This document shows positions 55,275 through 62,411 of a stretch of DNA of 64,000 nt, one piece after another. The translations under genes and the position numbers were made by a program. The stretch spans positions 59,043-123,042 of the forward strand of contig DATKMJ010000018.1 in the NCBI GenBank assembly GCA_035541935.1, given 5' to 3'. The DNA is from Candidatus Binatia bacterium. Lineage in GTDB: Bacteria; Vulcanimicrobiota; Vulcanimicrobiia; Vulcanimicrobiales; Vulcanimicrobiaceae. Below the pieces are notes generated by a model that worked only from the letters and a program-made list of their open reading frames with translations, made no database searches and was not told the DNA's origin. The stretch's first letter is position 1. Every line of letters starts with the position of its first letter.

Positions 55275-56249
55275 TCAGGACTTCCGAAGAATCTTTCCGG
55301 TCTTCACGACTTCGAACGCCGAATTGGGAACGTTCTTGAGCTGGTTGAGGTCGTCGTCGTTCCAGCACTTGGACGCTTTGCCGCCCTCGCCTTGGAAGTA
55401 CCAGTTCGAGCCGTTATCGGCTACGAACATACCGTACGTCTTCATCGCGACCGCGATGACGTGCGCCTGACCCGTGAGACCCGAGATGTCGTACGAGGCC
55501 TTCATTCTGATCCGCAGCCCCATCGGCGGCAAGTCTTTGTCGCGGCTGTCGCTTGCATAGTGCGTCGCGGGGTGAATGTAGCCTTGTTGCGTCTCGTTGA
55601 ACGTCACGCGCAGTGCGTGATCGATCTCGCCGTCCTGCACTTCCTTACACTTGATGAGCGCGGGAGTGATCGGCAAGCCCGCCGCATCGGCCGAGGTCCA
55701 ACCGTTCGGGCGCAACTTGTTCGAGTTCAGGTTGAAGATCGCTCCGGAGCCGGCGCGCCAGCTCTTTCCTCCGTTGACCGGATATGCGTCCCACATCTCG
55801 TAGAGTTTGCAGACGCCCTGCTGCAGCACGAGGACGTGCCGGTCGCCGCTGGCGTGACGGCCGCCCTCGATCTGCGCGTTGGGCGGAATCGGATACGGGC
55901 CTTTGTTGCTTTGGGATCCGTACCGAAAATGCACCGGCACCTTTTTCTGATCCGAGGGAACGATGTTGAACGGAATGCCGTAATGCGGATCCTCGCCGAA
56001 ATCCGGATGGAGATTGCCGGGGAGCGCCGAGATATATCCGTCAGAGTTTGGATCGAGCGGATAGTTCGAAATATCGGTATTCCACCAGTTGTCGGTGGGA
56101 AACATCTGGCAGCCGCCAACCTCGGGAACCGCCGGTTTCATTCGAGCACGATCGTTAGTTGCCGGTGCTCCGACGACGGACGGCACGTCCGTTCGACTGC
56201 AAGAGGCGAGCACGGCGAGCGAGAGGAGCAGTATAAGAAAGCGTTGCAT
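55275..56249 (-). CDS. lipoprotein of unknown function (tandem paralog 2)
   Basis: Lipobox VLASC. Same conserved blocks as paralog 1. Only one base separates its stop from the next start. Confidence 0.7.
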   Translation of the reverse strand: MQRFLILLLSLAVLASCSRTDVPSVVGAPATNDRARMKPAVPEVGGCQMFPTDNWWNTDISNYPLDPNSDGYISALPGNLHPDFGEDPHYGIPFNIVPSDQKKVPVHFRYGSQSNKGPYPIPPNAQIEGGRHASGDRHVLVLQQGVCKLYEMWDAYPVNGGKSWRAGSGAIFNLNSNKLRPNGWTSADAAGLPITPALIKCKEVQDGEIDHALRVTFNETQQGYIHPATHYASDSRDKDLPPMGLRIRMKASYDISGLTGQAHVIAVAMKTYGMFVADNGSNWYFQGEGGKASKCWNDDDLNQLKNVPNSAFEVVKTGKILRKS

Positions 56250-56329
56250 GGTGGGTCCTCCTGGCCTTCGCTCGGGAGCCTTCCGCAGGCCACCATGCCC
56301 TCACCTTCCCGACGGCGAAGAGGCTCTGC

Positions 56330-57322
56330 ATGCTTGCCTTCACCCTAGCTTGCGCGATCACGTTCTTCCCCCGCCTCGGCACCTACGTGCCGACCCCGCA
56401 TCTCCACGGCCCCGGTCTGCTGCTCGACGGCGGCGGAGGCGAAGAGGCCCCGGACTCGTCGCTGGTGTGGCTGCACCGCCGGATCGCCGGGGAGACCAAG
56501 ACGCGCGCCGGAAACGTCGTCGTGCTGCGGGCGTACGATAACAATTATTACGACAAGCCGTTCTATCGCGCGGGCAACTTCGCGTCGGTGCAGACGGTGC
56601 TCGTTCCGCCGTGCGCCTCGCGCGACCAAGTCGACTCGGTCGCGAAGGTCGTCGACAAAGCCGACGCCGTCTTCTTCTCCGGCGGAGATCAGGCGAACTA
56701 CGTGGCGTGGAAGGGCTCGCAGCTGATCGCGGCGGTGAAACGCGTCTACGCGCGCGGCGGCGTCGTCGGCGGCGGGAGCGCGGGGCTGGCGATTCAAGGC
56801 GCGGTCGTCTACGATTCGGTCGCCGGCGATCGCCTCAATGCCGTCACGCACACCGCCGACGCGGTCAACAATCCGCTCGAGCCGCGAATCAGCTTCACCA
56901 CCGGCCTCTTCGCGTGGCCGGCGCTTGCCGACACGATCACCGACACGCATCTCGTCGTGCGCGATCGCTTCGGTCGCACGGTCGTCTTTCTCGCACGCAT
57001 CCTCAACGACGGCCTCTTGCCCGGCGCGACCACCATCTACGCGCTCGGCATCGATCAGGCGAGCTCGGTCGTCGTCGATCCCGACGGCACCGCGGCGGTG
57101 CTCAACGGCAAGGGCGGGCGCGGGGCCTACCTCATCCGCGCCGTCGCCCCGGTGCGCCTCAGGGCGGGAGCGCCGTTGAACTACACGGTTTCGGTCTCGC
57201 ACATCGCGACGACGGGAGAACGTTTCGATCTGCTGCGCAAGCAGACGCCGTCGCCGTGGTACGACGTGACCGTCAACGGGTCGCATACGCCGATCTACAG
57301 CCGCGACCCGTACTCGCCGTGA
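56330..57322 (+). CDS. peptidase S51 family (cyanophycinase-like) protein
   Basis: FFSGGDQANY and GGGSAGLAIQG (Ser nucleophile context). Confidence 0.78.
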   Translation: MLAFTLACAITFFPRLGTYVPTPHLHGPGLLLDGGGGEEAPDSSLVWLHRRIAGETKTRAGNVVVLRAYDNNYYDKPFYRAGNFASVQTVLVPPCASRDQVDSVAKVVDKADAVFFSGGDQANYVAWKGSQLIAAVKRVYARGGVVGGGSAGLAIQGAVVYDSVAGDRLNAVTHTADAVNNPLEPRISFTTGLFAWPALADTITDTHLVVRDRFGRTVVFLARILNDGLLPGATTIYALGIDQASSVVVDPDGTAAVLNGKGGRGAYLIRAVAPVRLRAGAPLNYTVSVSHIATTGERFDLLRKQTPSPWYDVTVNGSHTPIYSRDPYSP

Positions 57323-57798
57323 CGGCCCTCTCGTACGACGCGCTCGATGAGCGCCTGCGCGCCCTGCTCGCGCCCGAGCACGGTTTCATCGCAAACGCCG
57401 CGAATTTCGCGGCCTTCGTCTACAGCGAGATCCCCGACGTCAACTGGGCGGGCTTCTACCTCGCCACGCCGGCGAACGACTTATTGCTCGGACCGTTCTG
57501 CGGTCGCCCGGCCTGCACGCTCTTACCCGCGGAGCGCGGCGTCTGCGGCGCCGCGGCCTCACGTCGCGCAACGCTCGTCGTGGACGACGTCGCGGCCTTC
57601 GCCGGCCACATCGTCTGCGACATTGGATCGCGCTCCGAGATCGTCGTCCCGCTCCTCGATGGGGGGACGCTCTGCGGCGTCTTCGATTGCGACAGCCCGA
57701 TCCTCGCGCGCTTCACCGACGAGGATCGCGCCGGCATCGAGCGCCTCGTCCGGGCGTTCAGCGAGTTGGTGCCGCCGCCGGCACCCGCGGGACCGTAA
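57319..57798 (+). CDS. GAF-domain protein (free methionine-R-sulfoxide reductase MsrC/YebR-like)
   Basis: GTG 57319 overlaps the S51 stop (GTGA). Motifs NWAGFYL, GPFCGRPAC and SEIVVPL are typical of the YebR family. Confidence 0.75.
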   Translation: MTALSYDALDERLRALLAPEHGFIANAANFAAFVYSEIPDVNWAGFYLATPANDLLLGPFCGRPACTLLPAERGVCGAAASRRATLVVDDVAAFAGHIVCDIGSRSEIVVPLLDGGTLCGVFDCDSPILARFTDEDRAGIERLVRAFSELVPPPAPAGP

Positions 57799-58966
57799 CC
57801 GCAACCCAGAGGAAGTTTGCGAGCGCAACCCCGCCGATCGTAAGGAAGACCGCCTCGAAACCGAAGCGCGCGGCGATTGCACCGCCGAGCAGCGGTCCGG
57901 CAGCCATCCCGAGGAACGTTGCGGTCGACGTCAGTCCGTAGACTTGCCCGCGCCGCTCGAGCGGAAAGATTCGGCCGATCAAGGCGTTTGCCGTCGGTAA
58001 GACGCCGCCCAAGAAGAGTCCGACCCCAAAGCGCAGCGCGATGAACGCGGCGATGCTCGCGGCGTAGGCCTGCGGAATCGTGAAGGCCGCGACGCCGCAG
58101 AGGGAGACGAGCAGCACGCGGCGATAGCCGACGCGGTCGCTACGTTTGCCCAGGAACGGGGATGCCATGAGGTCGGCCAGGCCGGTCACCGCGAAGGCAG
58201 CGCCGGCCGCGAGCGGCAGCCAGCGCACGTTGCCGGCGAGCGCGCGGATGAAGAGCGGGACGACGGGCTGCACGCCGAACGCGACGACCTGCGCGAGCAG
58301 AACGACGACGAACATCGGCGCCAGTTGCCGATGCAATGCGATCTCTCGAAACGCACCAAAGAACGAGAGGCGTTCGCGCATGGATCCAGGCCGGAAACTC
58401 TCCCGGACGAAGAGCACGCAGACGAGTGCGGCCGCGAGCGCGAAGAATGCGGTCGCAAAAAACACTTCGCGATAACCGTGGAGCGTCGCGGCGAGGAAGC
58501 CGCCGAAGAGCGGCCCGCAGAGCGCGCCGATGAGCTGACCGGTCGTCATCCACCCGAGCGAGAAGCCGAGGTACTCCTCGGGAACCTCGGTGCCGACCAT
58601 CGCGATCGCGGCCGCGGAGAAGCCGCTGAAGATTCCCATGCACGCGCGGGCGGCGAAGAGTTGCCAGACGGTTTGCGCGCCGCCCATAAGCCCGGTGAAA
58701 ACGGCGACCGCCACACAGGATCGGACGACCATCGCCCGACGTCCGGTTCTGTCGGCGACACCGCCCCAAATGGGCGAGAAAATCGCCGCGGTGAGAAAGT
58801 TCACCGAGGCGATGATTCCGGCCCAAAGCGAGACGTTTGCGATCGGCGCGACGCCGAGCTGGATGATGAAAAGGGGTAGAAACGGGCCCGAAACGGTGAA
58901 AGCGAACGACATCATCGCCTGCACCGCTACCATGAGCCAGAGCGTGCGCCGCCAGTCTTGCGTCAC
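57758..58966 (-). CDS. MFS transporter (drug-efflux-like, 12 TM)
   Basis: 402 aa with MFS motif GGVADRTGRR. Confidence 0.85.
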   Translation of the reverse strand: MTQDWRRTLWLMVAVQAMMSFAFTVSGPFLPLFIIQLGVAPIANVSLWAGIIASVNFLTAAIFSPIWGGVADRTGRRAMVVRSCVAVAVFTGLMGGAQTVWQLFAARACMGIFSGFSAAAIAMVGTEVPEEYLGFSLGWMTTGQLIGALCGPLFGGFLAATLHGYREVFFATAFFALAAALVCVLFVRESFRPGSMRERLSFFGAFREIALHRQLAPMFVVVLLAQVVAFGVQPVVPLFIRALAGNVRWLPLAAGAAFAVTGLADLMASPFLGKRSDRVGYRRVLLVSLCGVAAFTIPQAYAASIAAFIALRFGVGLFLGGVLPTANALIGRIFPLERRGQVYGLTSTATFLGMAAGPLLGGAIAARFGFEAVFLTIGGVALANFLWVAVTVPRVPAAAPTR

Positions 58967-58982
58967 GCTCTAGCCTGTTGCG

Positions 58983-59549
58983 TTATTCGGGCGGCGGGCC
59001 CTCCGGGCGCATCATCATCCAGGGGTGGTGCATCCCCATTCCCATCGGCCGCGGCGTCAGCGCCATCAGCAGGAGCGTTCCGGCATCGAACTGCCGAGGC
59101 GCCATCTGAGCGCCGTCGGGACCGTGCTTCATGAAGCCGGACTGCGCGCCCGCAGGCATCTCGTTCTGCAGTTCGGTCCGCATCTGGTCGTGAAGCTGAC
59201 GGCTCTGCGAGACGAACGTCGAGTGCGCGGCGATGACGCGCTGCTGCTCGCCCGGCGAGAGCATCGAATCGAGCCGCTTCGCGGCGGCCTCCGGATCGGG
59301 GCTTGGGGCGATCGCGAGGTCGCCGATCGCGGCGCCCACCGCGCGACGGTGGACCGGGCTCAGCGACGAGAGCATCTGCCAGCGCATCTGCTGGTGGAGT
59401 TGCTCCTCTTGCGCGGCAAAGCGCTCGAAGGTCTGGTGCATGGTTTGGCGCTGATCGGTCGTGGGCGCGACGGCGTTCGCATCCTGTGCGAATCCTGCCG
59501 CGGGGATCATGCCGAGCGCGAGCGCCAGCGCGAGAAAGCTTCTGTTCAT
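58983..59549 (-). CDS. secreted helical protein of unknown function
   Basis: Signal peptide MNRSFLALALALGMIPAAGFA. Gln/Met-rich helical repeats and a Met/His/Pro-rich C-terminus (MGMGMHHPWMMMRPEGPPP). Confidence 0.5.
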   Translation of the reverse strand: MNRSFLALALALGMIPAAGFAQDANAVAPTTDQRQTMHQTFERFAAQEEQLHQQMRWQMLSSLSPVHRRAVGAAIGDLAIAPSPDPEAAAKRLDSMLSPGEQQRVIAAHSTFVSQSRQLHDQMRTELQNEMPAGAQSGFMKHGPDGAQMAPRQFDAGTLLLMALTPRPMGMGMHHPWMMMRPEGPPPE

Positions 59550-59605
59550 ACCGCTATTTTATGGCAGCCTGGCGTAAAAGTCCCTGAGAGCCGCCCGCTC
59601 GGCCG

Positions 59606-59866
59606 CTATCCAACGAGGTCGCGCCAACTCGACGCCGTCACGTTGACCCCGAAGTAGTCGGCGGCGGCCTTGATATTCGCGAAGGCTTGCGCCCGCTCTG
59701 CTTCGCTCACTCCTCCGACCTCACCGAATCGCGCGATCGCGCTGCGCACGTGCCCGGCATCGGTGAGCGGTTCCTTCCGTTCCTTTGGAAATGCAAAGGA
59801 CGAGTCGGGGAGTTTCGAGCGAACGCTGCCGGCGCTGTGGCCGCTTGGTTTCCACGTTACTTCCAT
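59606..59866 (-). CDS. DUF6582-like small protein
   Basis: Start set at MEVTWKPSG. KLPDSSFAFPKERKEPLTDAGHVRSAIARFGEV fits the DUF6582 pattern. The upstream part of the 265-aa ORF-track ORF is Arg/Ser-rich and overlaps the next gene. Confidence 0.5.
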   Translation of the reverse strand: MEVTWKPSGHSAGSVRSKLPDSSFAFPKERKEPLTDAGHVRSAIARFGEVGGVSEAERAQAFANIKAAADYFGVNVTASSWRDLVG

Positions 59867-59906
59867 CTCGCTATGGTAGCGCGGAATAATCGGCGTTATC
59901 TGAGCG

Positions 59907-61367
59907 TCATGTTTCCAACGCGTGAGCGAGATCGTTGAGAATTGCCTCGGCCGCACGCTTGCCGGGGAAGCCGCTGACGCAGCCCCCCGGGTGCGCGCCC
60001 GACCCGCAGAGATAGAGGTCGCGGACCGGCGTTCGCGTCGCAAAGCGCTGTTCGTAGATCTGTCCCGGCAGCAGCTCGCCGTGGAAGATGTGACCGCCGA
60101 CGAGTCCGAATCGCTCCTCGAGATCGGGCGGCGCGAGGATTTGACACTCTTCGATCGCACTCGGCAGATTCGGCGCGTAGCGTCCGAGGATCTCGATGAT
60201 CTTCTCCGCTGCGGCCACTCGCCGTTCGCGCGACCAGCCGTCGGGGCGATCGTACGGAAAGTACTGGGCGAATATCGACAGGATGTGCTTGTCGGGCGGG
60301 GCGAGCGATGGGTCGGTCGGCGTCTGGAGGAAGCACTCGATGAGCGGCTCCTCGCTCTCGCCCGTCGTGCGCGCGTCGGTATAGGCCTTCTGTAAGTAGT
60401 CAATCGAAGGCGCGACGTGAATCGTCGCGCAGTGATGCGGCTGCGGATCGACGCCGGGGCGGCACGTAAAATCGGGCAACTCGCCGAGCGCGAGATTCAG
60501 CTTTAACGACGGACCGATGCTCTTCCACTGTATCAGCCGGGCGACGAAGGCCGCGTCGAGCACGAAGAGGTCGAGCAAGTCGAGGAAGGTCGTCCGCGGG
60601 TGTGCGTTCGAGACGACGGCGCGCGCGAGCACCGTCTCGCCGTCGAGCTCGACGCCGCAGGCGCGGTCCGCCTCGACGCGGATCTTCGTCACCGTGGCGT
60701 CGGAGAAGATCTCGGCGCCGTAGAGGATCGCGGCGGATGCAAGCGACTGCGAGACCCAGCCCATGCCGCCGTGGACGTAGGCCCAGGCACCCTGCTTGCC
60801 GAGCAGCCGCCCCGCCAGATGGTGCGCGAGAACGTACGCGGTGCCGGAATCGCGGGGCCCAAGATACGTGCCGATCAGGCCGTCGTTAACGAGCTCGGCC
60901 TGCAACACGGGTGTCGAAACGTAGCGCTCGACCAAGTCGGCTGCCGATCCACGCAACAGGCGCTGCGTCTCCGCGTCGAGACGGTTGAAGCGCGGATTCG
61001 GATCGGAGAAGGTCGAGAAGACGGCGCCTCCCAGCCGGTCTGTGCGTTCGACGTAGGCTTCGAAGCCCGCGACGTCGTCGGGATTGAAGGCTGCAATCTC
61101 GCGTGCGTTGCTCGCGCGGTCCGAGCCGAGCAGCAGCGAACGCCCGTCGAGCAGCGGCGTGAACGCGTACGGGTCCTTTCGGTAGTACGAGAGGCCGCGT
61201 TCGTGCAGATCGAGCTCCTCGACGAGCCACGGGTCGAGAAGGCTGCAGACGTAGGAGGCCGTCGAGAGCGTATAACCGCGCCAGACGTCCGTCTCGATGA
61301 CGGCCGCTCCACCGATGACGTCGCGCCGCTCGAAGACGCCGACCGACAAGCCCGCTTTCGCCAACAA
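59907..61367 (-). CDS. FAD-dependent oxidoreductase (phytoene-desaturase/CrtI family); the true start is probably upstream and non-canonical
   Basis: 486 aa from the first canonical start (TTG 61367). The dinucleotide-binding motif SYDVVVIGAGHNGLACAA is encoded in frame just upstream (61368..61421). Confidence 0.75.
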   Translation of the reverse strand: MLAKAGLSVGVFERRDVIGGAAVIETDVWRGYTLSTASYVCSLLDPWLVEELDLHERGLSYYRKDPYAFTPLLDGRSLLLGSDRASNAREIAAFNPDDVAGFEAYVERTDRLGGAVFSTFSDPNPRFNRLDAETQRLLRGSAADLVERYVSTPVLQAELVNDGLIGTYLGPRDSGTAYVLAHHLAGRLLGKQGAWAYVHGGMGWVSQSLASAAILYGAEIFSDATVTKIRVEADRACGVELDGETVLARAVVSNAHPRTTFLDLLDLFVLDAAFVARLIQWKSIGPSLKLNLALGELPDFTCRPGVDPQPHHCATIHVAPSIDYLQKAYTDARTTGESEEPLIECFLQTPTDPSLAPPDKHILSIFAQYFPYDRPDGWSRERRVAAAEKIIEILGRYAPNLPSAIEECQILAPPDLEERFGLVGGHIFHGELLPGQIYEQRFATRTPVRDLYLCGSGAHPGGCVSGFPGKRAAEAILNDLAHALET

Positions 61368-61440
61368 CGCCGCGCACGCCAGGCCGTTGTGGCCCGCGCC
61401 GATTACGACGACGTCGTACGAGGGCTTGGGGAAAGCCGCG

Positions 61441-61752
61441 TTAGCGATAGGACGGCCGCGAGGCGAAGCAGTCCCGGCAATAGACAGGTTTGTCGCCGCG
61501 CGGATTGAACGGCACTTCGGCTACGCCGCCGCAGTTGCTGCAGGTCGCGGCGAACATCTCGCGGGGTCGCGCCGCGCGCTCGCCTCCGCCTCCACCGCTG
61601 CTCGAGCGCATTTGTTTTCGCGCTTGGCGACAGTCGGGGCAGCGATTGGGCTTGTTCTGGAAGCCCTTTTGCTCGTAAAAGCGTTGTTCGCCCGAACTGA
61701 AGACGAACTGGCGTCCGCAGTCGACACAGTTGAGCATTTCATCTACGTACAC
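61441..61752 (-). CDS. zinc-ribbon domain protein (two CxxC...CxxC units)
   Basis: CVDCGRQFVF...CPDCRQ and CSNCGG...CRDCF separated by a Gly-rich linker. Confidence 0.68.
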   Translation of the reverse strand: MYVDEMLNCVDCGRQFVFSSGEQRFYEQKGFQNKPNRCPDCRQARKQMRSSSGGGGGERAARPREMFAATCSNCGGVAEVPFNPRGDKPVYCRDCFASRPSYR

Positions 61753-61889
61753 GAAACGAGAAACTCCTTAGACTCTGCCGGTGGCGACGAAGAGCGGGCA
61801 CCGTGCCCCGCTTCTGCGACCTTGGCTCTGCCGGTCCCTGCCGGGTTCGCAAGGGTTACGCCCCCGCTCCGCCGTAGCCGCCGCGCACC

Positions 61890-62411
61890 ATGGCCGAAAC
61901 GATTCCGGACGTCATCGAGCCGGCCAGTTTGGCCGACTATCTCGAAGTCGTGACGCGGGCAGTCTTCCAAGCCGGCGTGAGCTGGAAGCAGATTGCGGCG
62001 CCCTGGGACGCCTATCGCGAGGCGTTCTCGCACTTCGACCCGGTCCGCGTCGCCGCGTACGACGACGTGGACGTGGAGCGGGTCCTCTCGACGAAAGGGG
62101 TGCTGCGCATGCCGCGCAAGGTGCGTGCGACGATCGCGAACGCCGCCGCAATGCTGCAAGCCGAGCGCGAGTTCGGCAGCTTTACCGCCTACCTACGATC
62201 GTTCGACGCATACCCGGCGCTCGCCAAAGACTTCAAGCGCAGATTCGCGCTCGTCGGCGATATGAGCGTGTGGTACTTTCTCTTCCGCACCGGCGAGCGA
62301 GTGCCGCGATTCGAGCAGTGGGCGGCGACGATTCGCGGCGATCACCCGCGTATGCGCGAGATGGTCGAGCGCGCGCGCGCCCACGGGCGATCGCCCGAAG
62401 CCTCAGGGTGA
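61890..62411 (+). CDS. tag: DNA-3-methyladenine glycosylase I
   Basis: 173 aa. VFQAGVSWKQI, RMPRKVRATIANA and SFTAYL are typical of the Tag family. Confidence 0.85.
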   Translation: MAETIPDVIEPASLADYLEVVTRAVFQAGVSWKQIAAPWDAYREAFSHFDPVRVAAYDDVDVERVLSTKGVLRMPRKVRATIANAAAMLQAEREFGSFTAYLRSFDAYPALAKDFKRRFALVGDMSVWYFLFRTGERVPRFEQWAATIRGDHPRMREMVERARAHGRSPEASG

